Of a stretch of 64,000 bases of DNA, positions 31,194-45,510 are shown piece after piece (positions within the stretch are counted from its first letter, which is position 1; every line of letters starts with the position of its first letter). The notes under the pieces are model-generated. The model saw nothing but the letters and a program-made list of their open reading frames with translations, was not told where the DNA came from and did not search any database. Location of the stretch: positions 34,862 to 98,861 of the forward strand of contig ADNK01002537.1 of assembly GCA_000320545.1 (NCBI GenBank), in the 5' to 3' direction. The stretch comes from Bigelowiella natans CCMP2755. Its lineage: Eukaryota; Protista; Cercozoa. The position numbers were made by a program, and so were the translations under genes.

Positions 31194-33130
31194 ATGCCTC
31201 CCATACCCTCCCGAGCACCTCTTCTTCCGCTTTGCATTTTCCTCGTCTCGGGGACCACGCCTATCAGACATGCTTCCAGCACAACTCATGATGGAGATCT
31301 TAAGCTATGGTGGCGTCTTATTGTTCAAGTTTTTATATTTCCTGACTCCCCCTTCTTTGGTAACTCGTGAAAGGTACAAAAGCGAAGCGGGAGCTGACTC
31401 TTACAATGCCACGGTAAACGCTACAAACCTTTCGCCAGCGTGGATGCGAGCTCTTCCAATTGGAAACGGACGCCTGGCGGCAATGGTTTACGGAAATGTG
31501 GAGAATATTGAACAGCTGCAGCTCAACGAGGGGACATTATGGGGCAGGTTGTGTGATGATGGTGATAGGAATGTAACTGCCGCTGTCACTGCTGCAAACT
31601 ACTCTGATAATAGTAGAAGCTGTGTGTTGGATATAATAGAAACATAGCTATAAAAACTAGGAATTGGATTAGAAGACAGGAGAGAGAATTTAGTTCCTTC
31701 AATCTATCATGTGATCGAAATTTGATTCGAGACACCCCCATCAAGCCTTATGCTATATCATCATTTCTCGTCACATACTTTCCCTCCACATTGCTCGCTG
31801 CATGTGTAAATAGGAGTTATGGCGATGACACGAACAACCCGAAGGCCCGCAATACAAGCCAATGCCTTCAGAAGGTACGATAGTCACATAGCTACAATGC
31901 GATGATATTTTCTCTGGAGAGTACTATGATTAAAGATATAGTCAGGTAGAAACTTCATATACTACACACACACATACATCAAAGTTATACACCTTATATT
32001 TTTGAATCTCGTTCTCTCAGCATTTCTCCTTTTTTTACTTCTTAGATTCGCAAGCTGATGATGTCTCAGCGCGGGTGGAATGAATCATCAATGAACGCAG
32101 CCCAGTTACTTGCAGCTGACTGTATGGTTGGTGTGCCGAAGTCAAACATCGGAGGACAATTACCAATTGCGAATCTATATATCGACTTTGGTCATTCTAC
32201 AACGACGTATGGCAGCAGGTGAGGCTTGAAACGTTCAGGCACGGTTCAGCAATACGAATTTCAATTTTCCACGTAATTTTCTACGAATTGTGTCCTTCGC
32301 GAGGCACTAGGGTCACCGCCCATGACTTTTTACAATAGAGGCTCTCACTGTAGTTTATTGTTTTATATTGATGATGATGGTATTGATGGTAATGGTTGTT
32401 TGTAAACAGCGCCAACGAAGCTGGTGGAGAATATTCTCTTTCTTACGGTGCACATAATGACGATAGTAATGACAGCCAAAGATGCTGTTATGATCAATAA
32501 ATTACTATTTTTGATAACCGAACATGATTGAAATACCAAATGTCGTATTGGGAAATTTAAACATTTATCACTTTCACCGCAAAGCTCCTCCCTGGGTCGT
32601 ACCCCAATGATATCTCCTCTTACTGCAGCTACCGCCATTCCTTGATAGCGTACAAAACGCTTAGAGCGGTCTCCTTTCTTGCATTTTATTTCTTCGTTGC
32701 ATCTTTATTATTCATTATTAGGCTCGCGACAGCGTTCCTTCCCCGCATTCAAGAATTACAAGTAAGTTAATCATTGGCGTGTGCATTAGCGATGAGCGCT
32801 TATATGTATTTCTCTCCGTCACTTGGCATTGTCCTTCCCCGCTCTTTCACTCCTCAAGACCCCAATCGAGGGCAAGCTGTATGGATGGTGATGGATAATC
32901 CGTAGTTGACAAAACGCGTGTAATCTATTATTCCAGTCGATCCCTAGACCTATCATCAGCTCTTGCCAAGGTTGAGTACACACAGCTGCAGCTCGGCCTC
33001 AGTAGTGGCCTTGAAGGAGCCGCCACCCATGTTACAAGAACCGCATTTGCGAGCATGGCAGATAACGTCACGGTATGCTTGCGATTTTTGGCTCTTGCAT
33101 GAAGCGATATACAACGGGTTTTCTGCAATA

Positions 33131-33167
<37 letters not shown>

Positions 33168-36100
33168 ATATTTATTGCCAAATGCTTTATTATACTGCAG
33201 GTATTGCGGATTGAGGCGAGGCCGCAGCCGCTGGAAAGCTTTGCCGTGTTTGCCAATAGGACTGGGGATAATATCGCAACGACGGCAGGTAGTAGAAGAG
33301 CTCTGCAAACGTGTGCATGCTTGTTGGTTATTTCGAGCTTTCTCTCTTTCCTGGTGAAGTCGTGAAAGCTACAACTGAAAAATCCCGTTAGTGATGCCTT
33401 CCTCCGAAGACTAGCACATTGATCGATCGTATATCTTACATTATTTGAAATTGGCCAGGGCTTATCTCTTGTTTATGTTCGCAAAATATCCCGTTGTTGT
33501 ACTTGTATGAGCAAATAAACACTTCGAGAATACTTGGTGTTGTTTGCTGTAGTGAACGAATTCATCTTTCTTCCTCCTCTCCCCTCCCCCCCTCTAAACA
33601 TGATATATATTTCGTCTTTCCCTCTACCTCTCCGCAGTAGAGCTACTCTCTCCGACCGAGGGCATTCTGCACGTACGTCAACAACTAAAGTTTAATTAAT
33701 TAAATCATTGAAGAAAGACATGACTTATTAGGTGTCGGGCAGCTTGGAAGATTCGTCTAGGCTGGGCTATCACACGGCAATTCTCCTCAAAGTAGATAAC
33801 GACGCGCGCATTGTCTTCAGCAAGGATGACGACGAAGGCACTGCCAAAATGTGTTAGAATAGAATCGTTACCTGATTTTCGTGGGGGGAAAACGAGATTA
33901 GATACGGCGATAAAGTACACAAACCAATCACTAGCAAATCCAACATATGAGTTTGGATTTTACTCAAAATCCTCCCTTCTTTTTTCTTATAAATGCCAGA
34001 TAAAAGCCGTGTGCATGTTCGAAACTGCTCGGTAGCTACTCTATACATAGCATCGAGGACCTCTTTTCCCTTCCCAGGAGCTGCTGCTGCGCGTAGTAAT
34101 CGTGCGTCGTTTGACCGAAGTCAAGACTTGGAAGATATGTGCCGGCGCGATGTCGATATGGCGGTTGCTCAAGGTATTGTTGTTGTTATAATCCGAAGTA
34201 TAGAAGAAGACAAGACCTGCAATTATTCATTATGTACGTGCCAACTTACTATTGATATAATGTGGCGGCATATGAGCGTGCATGAGCCTGTGCGTCCAAC
34301 GTCAAACACACTTCTGCCGCATCGTTAGGGTACAAATATCTCCTCCAAGATCACGTCGCATCGCAGAGTCAGCATTTCTCTTCCGTGGAGTTACGAATAG
34401 ACCGTCAAAGCCCCACTTCCCCCGCCCCCAAGGATAGGCCGCTCAACTGTGCATCCTACTACGACAAGCACAATCTTTCTACCCCCCCCGAGTGCTTGCC
34501 CACGGATGAGAGACTACAACGATTTCGCGGCGATACGAAGAAGGGCCTTGCTGAGGATCCTGGGTTATTTGTGTTGTTTTACCACTATTCAAGGTAGTAG
34601 CACTAGCGGCAGTAGTAGTGGTAGTAGTCGTCGTAGTAGTAGTAGTAGTAGTAGCGGTTGCTACGGTGCGTGCTGTTTAGCATGGAATCGGCAGTGTTTG
34701 TTGGGCTGCCTTGTGCTATTAGCTGCGCTGTATATGCACATGGAATAGCCTCATTTGGGATTAACGAACGTGAATTTTGACCTTCGTCGTATACCACAAC
34801 CCTCCTCGGCGTGATGTGTCTTATTTCCGCGCGATTTGTATCTAGGTACTTGCTGCTAGCATCATCATCATCTTCCTCGCCTCGCGCGGGCTCGGCGGCG
34901 GGTGCTTCTTCGCCCCCCTCCCCATTCCTCCCCGCGTCTTGTCAAGGGCTTTGGAATAAGTTTATGGACCCTGCGTGGAGCAATCCATTGACGTTGGACA
35001 TCAATCTCGATATGACGTATTGGGGCGTGCACACGGGGCACATGCCCCGCGCCGCAGAGCCCCTCCTCTCTTGGATTTCGAGAGCTCTTGTGAAGGACGG
35101 GAGGCGCACGGCGAGGGAGACGTACAACATCCGAGGGGATAGAGGCAGAAGAGAGACCTCCTCCTCTCCTGCTCATGCCAGCAGCTATTTCGGCGATGAC
35201 GGTGATGATGGTGAGGGTGAGGATGCTCCGTGGTGTGCGCACCATCAAAGCAATGCATATGGCCGAGCGACGGTCACGGACGGAGTCTGGGGGGTCTGGG
35301 CTTTGGGGGGAGCTTGGATTTCACGACAGGTAGTCCCCCCCTTCACCTCCATTCATCCTGCGGCGGAAGAGGAAGTTTGGCATGTGGGCATTGTATGATT
35401 GATATTCATATATTGTGATTCTGTACACACACAATTATATATTAATTTGTAGTGAATCTCTCGTCCCGTGGGCGCATGCTATTGGTCCTGACACAATCCA
35501 CCTCTCTTCTCTCCCCCCCCCCTCTTCCTCCTCCTCCATTTCCTCCTCCCCAATCACCATAAAGGCGTGGGAGTCGTACGTGTTCTGGGGCGATGCGGAA
35601 GCTCTTCGTCTACGAGACTACGATATGCTGAAAGGGGCGGCACGGTTTGTCCAGGAATACCTCTTCTCCGACCTCGAAGCCTACCCAGAAGGATGGCTCT
35701 TGACCGGGCCATCGCAGAGCCCTGAGAATGCTTACAAGCTACCGATCATCGGCAATGGCGGTTCGGACACCAACCACGGCTCAAACGAGAGCCACGCTGT
35801 CTTCACTCATACTGGGGAGGGGGGCGGGGACGAGTTGACCATTGGAATATGCACGTCTCCCCTAGTCGATAACGAGATCATTCGTGAGCTGTTCCACAAC
35901 ACCATCATGGCGACGAAGGTGCTCCGGAGGATGAAGGAGGACAAGGCGTTGAAGGCCGGACACGCGAAAGAAGGCAATCGGCGCTTGGACGAAGAGGAGA
36001 AGGAGGAGGAGGAGGAAGAGAAGAGGTTTCTCTCCTCTCTCCAAAACACGTTGTCGCATCTTCCACCTCGAAAGGTATCGAAACGAACACCTGGAGGCGT

Positions 36101-37562
36101 ATTGATGGAGTGGCTCGAGGACTACGAAGAGTGCTGTCCTGGGTATTTTCAGTGTCATTGTTGCGGTGTTCTTTGTCCTGTAGCCTCATCACAAAGGGGG
36201 TGTTGCTTTTTATCGCCCTGCGACTCGGCAATGTCGGGTCGCATCACCATGTCGCAGCAGGACAAAACGCAACGTTTTCACCGCAAACGCACCGAATTCC
36301 TAGTGGGAAAGCAGTATGATTGTGTTATGACTACTAGGAATTCAAAGCGGCTTGAGCAGCGCACAGCTCATGTTGGTTGACAGTCACCGTGCTCTCGCAG
36401 CGTGTTTGGTTTTTTGGTTGGTTTGCGTCGAAGCGTTGAGTATGTGGAGAATGTCTCCCCTAGCATCTTTAGTATTTGATGAATAGCCTGTTTGCCTATT
36501 TAACATCATGGTTTTGCTTCAATGCCTCTCTCGTATAGGTTCAGGCATCAAAGTCCTATCTACGGCCTCTTCCCGGCAAATCTCTATAATCCTCTCACGG
36601 AAGAAGGAGAAGTAGGGGAGGGAGGGGGTGATGGCGGACATGAGCAATTGCTGCAGCAGCAGCTACTATCTCGGGGGGCTGACAGAAAGACTGTAAAGGA
36701 GTTTTGGGTCGCATCAGCAGCTCGCGCATTGATTAAACGACGGTTAGATAATGGGGGAGGCAGCACTGGCTGGAGTGCGGCATGGCTCGCAAACGCGTTT
36801 GCGAGGTTGTTTGACGGCGACTCTGCTGCCGAAATGCTAGCCAGAATCGTCGGGAGATATGCTGGGGACAACCTGTTCAACCACGACAACGCCTGGAACT
36901 CGAGCGTCTTCCAGGCCGACGGCAACTTCGGGGGGGGGGCTGCGATTGCGGAGATGCTTCTCCAGTCTCAGGTTGTTGGTAGATCTCAGTGCAGAGCTCA
37001 CGCGTAAGCATGCCAGTGTGCCCTCGTCCTCCCATCTTTGATCATGCTTTTGCCATAGGTTCGGAACGAGATATATCTCCTCCCAGCACTTCCCAGCAGC
37101 TGGCCTTCTGGCTCGGTTTCAGGGCTAAGGGCGAGGGGGGGGTACTCTGTGAGCATTCGTTGGGAATCTGGAGGAGTGAATGCAGCGACGCTTACAAAGA
37201 CGCACAATGTGGTTTGGCCTTCTTCTTCCTTAGAGGGGGGGTATGATACGGGGGACGAAAGCTCCTTGAAGGTCTTTTTCTGGTTGTCTCATCAAAGTAA
37301 AGACGGTGGTAGCAGTAATGATGATGACCATGAACGAGAGAGTCACGGGAAAAGCCAGAAGAACTGCTCGGCGGCGGTTGGTGTGTATTTAGTTGAGGGA
37401 GGAGATATCGACGATGTTGCATACGGTGAAGGGAAGCAACGCGCAGGAAAGCACGAGACCTTCCAGAAGGGAAAATGGCTCTCCGTCAAAGGTAATAATC
37501 TTACTTGCTGTGGCCATTTGAACAGCGAATTTTCATTTTCTAAAACGTCGAGGCCAACATAA
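31194..37562 (+). CDS. glycoside hydrolase family 95 (alpha-1,2-L-fucosidase / alpha-L-galactosidase-like), probably secreted
   Basis: Signal-like N-terminus, then LKLW|[134 protein letters not shown] and [22 protein letters not shown]. Confidence 0.93.
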
Positions 37563-37799
37563 TACGCGAGACATTTCCACGGAGCTTGTTTGGGTGTTTT
37601 TAGGAACAAAATTACGCGGGATGTGCTATGTCACCATCGACCGGCACACGCATCCGAAAGCAGGGGACCACACTGACAACATCGAGAGCAGTGGCTCTAT
37701 CACTGATCAAGTAAATGTTTTGCAGCGATATCAGCTTTTGTTTCATCATCATATGTAGAAAGGAGTAATGAAGACGCATGAGTCACAGATTGACGTAGT

Positions 37800-38950
37800 C
37801 GCAGCGATGAGGCCAGCCGTTCTGCTGCAACGTATATACATTTTGCATTTTGGTAGAACCAAGTGATGCATGTGTATTCCAGCTAGCCAGCCATGTAACA
37901 TAGTAGTAATTTTTGTTTGAATGAATTTGTAGCTGCATGCTCTAGATGCTGTATGTTCCTTGCATGGAATGCATCGTGATGAATTTAAAGGCTAGCAGCC
38001 ACATCGGCCTACGATGGATTCCGACAATAGTTGAAAGAGAGCGATGATACGTTCATGGAACATTTGATTGCAAACTGCTTTTAGACTAGCATCCATTACC
38101 ATGGCGCGGAGTTGTTAAGTATATGGACTAGTTGGTTGACCACTTCTAGTAAGACTTGCTAGCTTGCATGATCATGAAGGACGTGCAGATGACAAATGTA
38201 TGTGCCATTCTAGCATTCGCTAGCATTGCTAGATTACTCGATTGGAGAGTTCAGGCACTGTCAACAATGGAAGTCAAGCATGCACACGGGCGCTCCTGTC
38301 GTACATCTGCGTTTGCTAGCTAGCTAGGTTTGCGCGCCGCTACATCTTAGCCACATTCCACGCAAAAGTAGCAGCAGTCTAGCTCTGCGTGTGTTATAAT
38401 ATCACGATACGTTGTCACTGGCACTGAAGTTACAATAGCACGTACATTAAGTCAAACTACACGGCACAACGCTAGAACCGGAAGCAAATACCGCAGCAAC
38501 CGTTTCTCAAGTATAAATTGAGAAAATCAACACTTGCTAGGGTTGATGGCAAAGCTAGAGAGCTAGCGAGGCGTGCATCGCAGCAGCCTTGGCATGACAA
38601 ATAAACACGTAGACATGCATGCTAGCATGGCTGGTGTTATTCCTACACGTACAAATCAGCGGGCTTCAAGCATTGTACACAGTTTCTCGCCAACCGATAA
38701 GCTACATTTGGCCAAGTGTATTTTGGTCGCTGCGCCAGTGAATGAGTGCATGATTTTGGGAACTGTACGATCTACATTGCATCGCATACGCAATTTGTTA
38801 CATTCTAGAGCATCAATCTTCGTCGGTGCCTGGCTAGCTGGGAGTCGTTATTTTCTACGTCTAGGCGTTCCATCGTCATTTAATCTAGCGGACGAAGGCC
38901 TAAAATTGATGAAGGGCATTTCGGTTGACTGATGCAAAACGTGTGTGTTT
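37800..38950. other. CTAG/CATG-rich block between the convergent GH95 and formin ends
   Basis: Many gctagc and ctagctag motifs. Confidence 0.7.
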
Positions 38951-38985
38951 GATCATCGATGATGATTGGAACTGAGAATAGAATT

Positions 38986-39884
38986 TCATGACCTTCTTTT
39001 GATACTGAATCGTCGTTTCGGCGACCGCGCAACGGCTGTTTTTACAGGGCTGCTGGCAAGCTTTGGAGGGTTCACTGAATATCGATTACGCGCGGATGTG
39101 TGTACACATAGATGTTATGACGATTTCCTTTGTACGTTCCTCCACACGCGTGTGATACTTATGTGCGGTGCGTATTGTCTCAGAAAAATAAGGCCTATTA
39201 TCGCTGGGAAGTACCAGGAGACTTTGACTGTCTTTGCTTCTCAGCCTCCCTTGCAGCCTTTTTCTGCTCCTGAAGACAGGCAAAGGTCACGGTATGGACA
39301 TATACGACTCGAGCACGAACATGATTGCTATTAGCACGCACAAACCATCCAAAATCCCATGAATACCTCTTTCTGCTGCGTCTTAACTTGTGCAAGGGCC
39401 CTGATATCGACATGCATGAAATCGCACGTTGCATCGGGATAATACTAAATTCGAATTGACTGGATCGAGCACATCATGTGTTGATTTGCCCACCTTCCAT
39501 ATTCCTCAGTAAACTCGGCCCAAATGCCGAGAAACTCCTCTATTTGCGAGCTTTCTGATAGCATGAAGTCACACATCGCAAGCTATTCATGCTGCTGCAG
39601 AGGAAGCTATGTGCATTATTTATTCAACCATCGTCCGCAAAAAACGCCCGGCACTTTCCCATGGCCTCCGTAGCAGTCTCCCACTTTTGTGAGGAGTTGT
39701 TTACATGAGTAGGGCAGCAGCAAGGGATAAGGAAGTGAAATGAGCTCAGAAAGCATGGGTACTTCGATCGAGGACTACAACGGGAAAACAACAGAATATG
39801 CACACTTGCAGGCGTCCAGGGCTCTGCCGATTCACGTGCAAAACGTATTAGTGATACTGCATCATTAATAACACATAAATGTGA

Positions 39885-39958
<74 letters not shown>

Positions 39959-40638
39959 ACATGTAGCGTCTCGTCGCCACCTTCTTAAGCATTTTCTCCA
40001 ATCGCGGCTCAGCCTCCCGCAAGAACTCTGCCATACAAGCTAAAAACCTATGTGCGTATGCGTGATATGATGGTCAACGTTAAAAGCACAATTCTTGATT
40101 TCTCGCGCTCTCTCGTTCCCTCTGTTGTATGTGTGTGTGTGTGTGTGTGTGTGCAGAGATCATTGCAATATGGGGCGATTTTCACACTCACCTATCTTCG
40201 TCGAATTCCGCCAACTTTAGCCTTTTCAAAAGTACGGACGTCATGTAACGAACAATAGACGGTTCAAGCAATTTTCTAAGCTCACTTTCAAAGAAATTCC
40301 ATGCAAATTCTACAAGAGCCCAACAAGCCTTTTGCTTAAGGCCCAAGAACCAACCCTTCACCATTCACGCATCTCCAACCAATTTGTTTCGCCACGAATC
40401 AACAATATCACCTTCTCTGAAGCTCATCCTCGGAGAGCATTTCCAGCCTCGATGAAGGGCTCTAGAATGGTTTTGCATGAAACGGTGATCTCAAGCATAG
40501 AGCTTTTAGAATGCATGGAAGAGGGAGCGACGACGAAGCTTCAATAGCCCATAAACGACATAATGACACATAAACACACACACACACACACACACACACG
40601 CGCGCACATACACGCACATACACGCGCACCCACTGAAG

Positions 40639-40685
<47 letters not shown>

Positions 40686-42136
40686 TATAATTTTACCTTA
40701 ACATCTCCCTTTGGTTCTAGTTTCCCTCTCTCTCCTTGCAGGATTTCTACCTGCACATTTGTATTCGGGTAAATGATTGTGGGGGAGGCTCATAAGAAGA
40801 TCAGTGTCTCCCTTTAGTGCTCCTCAGCAAACTCGATTTGTCAGCTACTAATATCTTAAAATTTCGAATGGAAACAACGTGCTATGCTATATGGTAGCTA
40901 ATAGAGAGGAATATGGACGCGACGAGGCTAACATATACCAAATGCAATACTACACACACAACGTCAGAATAGCATGTTTCGGAGACGACCCTTTTCTTTA
41001 ATTCTCGAATCGATTTCCTGTATTAGATCCAGAACAAATAATTGACACAATTGAGTTTAGCCTTGATGAAGTTTTAAGCACATCTGACGTACTGTGGGGA
41101 ACAAATAAAAACCCTACTCCAAATAAAAGTTATGGTCATTTTCTTTTCTTCCCCCCCCCCCCCCCCTTCCTCTCTCTATTGCTCACTCCTACTCTATCTA
41201 TGTGTGTGTATATGCGTGTCGTTGGCAAAGCACAAGCTTACTATCAATGCTACCGTATTCTTTGAGATTCACGTTTCACATGTTCCATATCCTATATTAA
41301 CATTGATGGTAGCACAAACACGTGTTTTATCCACTGGCCAGTAAAGCTGATAACAACGCATCCTTTGACAATGCTGCATCGTGTACAATCACCAGCTTTG
41401 AGGCCTCCACCACAACTTGCATTTCGTCCAAGAAGAACTCGAGATCTGGGTCAGCTTTCGAGACCGTTTCCACGACTTTTGGAAGCGACCAAACCGACGA
41501 GAAATCATCGAAACAGACGTATTTACGCACGTGTAAAAGCACATATGCATGTGGATGGCAAACCAAAAATCAGACATACCATGCTCTACTCACACAAGCT
41601 GCATATTTACTTCCAAGCCAATGCAATATCGTGGAAAATAGCTAATCGAACATCCAAACTAATGTCTCCAAAAGTCGCTATGCGTGAGTAGTTTTGCGAG
41701 AGATTGGTACGTGGTTACTCGCAGCTTACCGTAATGAAGCAGCGTGTATTCCTTGTTGGAGGGTGACTTCGTAGCTCGAAGTCTCGTCAGAACTTCAACT
41801 CTAAATCCGTAGCAATTCCCCCGCCTTTTATCACACGCACACACACACACACACATATCATACATGTAAGGCACAATAATATTGCAAAGATCACTGCTAC
41901 TACGATGCTGATGTCCTTCTGATTTCCGGGTCAACTGGCGTGATTGTGCAGTGTCAATACGCTTTTGTGGGTGATGAGACGGGTGAGAGGGATCACGTTT
42001 GTGGGGTGCATGTATGCCGCATAACAACAACCTCGTTCCAGCGTTGAGGAAATTGCCTAGTGTTAGTATTACTCGCAGTATCTCTGGGATCCTCTCGCTA
42101 TTCCGTAGCTATGTACATGATGTTAGAAGATATTGA

Positions 42137-42176
<40 letters not shown>

Positions 42177-42179
42177 TAA

Positions 42180-42220
<41 letters not shown>

Positions 42221-44197
42221 TAAATTTACGTATATATGCTATCTGTTGGAGATATAACAAGAGCGCTGATAACTACACGTAGGAGAATGAATCCTATGCA
42301 AGATACATATGTACGCATGTGTATCGGGTTGACTATGCCTCCTCCTTTCCAACGCGCAGTAACACCTACCGTTATCGCTGCGGAGGCCATAATCTCTGCC
42401 GCACTGAGAACGCTTTTGCAATCGTGGTCAAACCGAAGGCGTGTTTGGCAATGGCTGGAAGTAGAAACAAGGAGCTTCTCAACGGTATCATCAGTGCGTG
42501 CTGCTTAGAAACGACGTGCAAGAACGCCGCAAACTACACCCAAAACGAGGTAGAATTCAAAAATATGCATTAAAATTTCTAATCGCTTTCATAAATATCA
42601 ATTTTTAACCGAATTTGAGCTCAAAGCCCATTCATGAATCATCACCTCAAACGCCTATTAATGTCAGGGATTCTTGCCAACTCGTACTGCAATCTGAAAA
42701 CCATCATTCATAGATAAGTCACCAGCGAGGAATCTGGCCATTTTGTTCGTCGCATTACCGGGAGGCGAGAGAAAGCTGCCCTGGGTTGCCTGTGTTGGGA
42801 GATAATATCACATAGCAGTAGCCTTTATACTTATGCAGACGTGTATGCATGAAGGAAAGAATCATGTGTGTTTAAAACGAATTACCTTCAAAACTATTCA
42901 CGGCCTTTCTCTCCTCTTCATTAGGCACCAGCTTCATTATCTGTACCCAACCGTGCAGTGGCGTAAGCTTCACAAGCGGGGGAGGGGGAGGGGATAGCCT
43001 CCATTGTACATCGGCTCGAAATCAGTTGGGACGATTGTTTTCCTCTCTCTTGTTTTTGGTTGTGGTAAGTTCCTTTAGCGGCTCGAAAGAGCATGGATCT
43101 TTCAAACGCTACTACAAACCTGCGGTATGTTCTCCAGAGACAGAAGGCTACCATCCATGCTTAAGATAGATTTATACATATCTTGCGGCGATTTCCTAAG
43201 CCTGAGATTGCCCCTTGTTTAGGACATATGACTGCAGATTTCGCATCGCTCTCATTGACACCATTCATATTCTCGCAATCGAAAAGCTTAAGCTTTCAGT
43301 GCAGCTACAGCACGCAAAAGCAACTCACTACTACTGCCAACGCTCTCAGCTTGGTGATCCTATCATCCACGCACCTTTTTAGCATAATGGAGATGTTTTC
43401 CTCCCGCTTACCTCCTACCAAAGATATCTGATCATAGTAGAGAAGGGAGATAAGACTCTTATCGCCACCGTAGCTAAGCGCTCGATTTATTGCTTTGAAG
43501 GCATTGGAGAGTTAAAAGGACAACCTCTTGGCGAGCATTCTTTATCCCGTCCTTACCCAGATTCCCTAAATCCGTATAAGTTCAGCGGGCACATCGTAAT
43601 CAGAGAACTATTGGGAGAGAAATACACCAAAGAAAGAAATGGACGCAAGCAAAGCGACTTCGAATCTTAAATGAATTATGCGAGATGGAAATGAAGATGA
43701 TGATGATGATTATTATTATTATTTGCATTACCGGAGATCGAAGATCGACGCGCTTTAGCAGAACGCTTCTTCTCCGCAAACTTAGACTCAAAATCGTTTT
43801 GGCTGAATTCAGCGTCCTCGAGGATCATCTGGCCACAACATCGGAGAAAATGATGATATATCTATTTGTGCATGAATAAGCATTGCAGCACTTTTCCCCA
43901 GAAAATGGTTCCAAGAGTATCGAATTTTCTTGCATGTTTCATTCTATCAGGTATACCATCAAAAGCTTAAACAAATGTATTTTCTCTATTATCCTCAAAT
44001 TCAGATAAAAGTTTCATCCTTTCAGCATTTAGCTTGGGAGAAAATGCAATACTCACGTTCCAAATTGTCTTCCCAATTGCCCGCGCTTCGATGGGGACCT
44101 GAAAATCAAGAAGATACTATCAAATGGCCCTTCTTTTATAGCTTCAATGGAAAGCTGCTACAAATTATTCAAGAGAATATTTTAACTGTCATCACTG

Positions 44198-44233
<36 letters not shown>

Positions 44234-45510
44234 CTAACTATCCACAGGCAATATCGGTGCTACTGCTGGAACAATCGAAGAATACCCAATGCAGCTTTCG
44301 CATTGTCTTGGAGGGCTTGTACGCTTTCCTCCCGGGCAAAGATGCTTCGAGCCCTCCCCCTCCTTTACCCCCCAGTCCCTGTCCAGGGGGGGGAGGAAGC
44401 ATTCCCGGTGGTAATGGCACTCCGTTTGGTGGCAAAGGAATACCGAGAGGAGGGGGAGGTGGGACAGCCCCTTCCATCAACGGCAAAAGCCCCGGCGGGG
44501 GGGGGGGACTCCTTCTGTGAAGGGTGGTAGCATCCCGGTGGGGGGGGGGGGAATTCCTTTTGTTAACGCTGGAATTGTCGCAGGGGAAGTCGATGTTTCT
44601 TTTGCCGATGGTGAAACATTCGCCGAAGGTAGGTGAATCTCGGGGGGGGGCGGAGGGGCGTTCGAGACCAGAGGAACAACTGTTGAGGGGGGAGGAGGAG
44701 TTGAAGAAGATGTATTCGTGTTCTGTGCTTTCTTGAGAGGAGACAGCTTTGCATTTGGCGTCTTCTCGTCGTCATTGCCATTCTTATTTCCTTCCTCGTT
44801 AGAGTCGCTACTACTGCGACCATACTTCTTCTCAAAGGATGCCCCTGTCTTTGGTCCTTGTTGCTCATCATTCGATACTTGTGATGGGGAGGGGGGGAGG
44901 GGGGAGGCTTTTCCATCTCCGTTAGAGCGATTTGCTGCTCGATCAACTTCTGATTTCTTTCGGATAAACTTCGCATCGATTCCTTTCACCACAACTTCTT
45001 TGCTCCCCTGCAAAATGTGTATATGCAAAATGTATACATTCAGGTGATACACCTCAAAAGGGGCCGGATATTAGCGCATTCGTCCTTCACCTTCACCACA
45101 ATGATGTTGGCTTTTCCACTCGCATCGTATCTATTCAGTTTAAGAGAGTAGATGGGGTGAAAGAGAAGTGAAAAAACAGCAGAAAGAGAGAAAAGAGTAA
45201 GTTTATATATATTTAATTTAGATTGCAGTGGCAAAGCGAAGTCAAGCAAACTCAACTGTATTTCCTCACCCTATGAATCTGCATGGCTTCCATTTATTGG
45301 TTAAGACCCCATTCCTAAGGAAATGAAATCCAGTTTAAATGCTATAGAATGCCTTTGCACAGGGCGTGTTTCTCTGCTACTTGCCTTAGAACTGCGACCT
45401 CCCAATCGTCACTGCAATTATTCATGTTCCAAAGATTTATGTTATCACTCACAAAGTTACCCCAACAACGAAGACACCAAATTCAGCTACCTCTCCGATT
45501 TCTCTGCCAT
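38986..45510 (-). CDS. formin (FH1 polyproline + FH2 domain)
   Basis: FH1 poly-Pro runs at ~44340-44710. FH2 motifs: KPSKTMRKLHW, ILTLGNFLNAGT, GNCYGFRVEVLTRLRATKS..YTLLHY, EEFLGIWAEF. Start MAEKSE at 45510, stop TGA at 38986-38988. There is an apparent 1-nt frameshift in the G11 run at 44497-44507. Confidence 0.9.
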
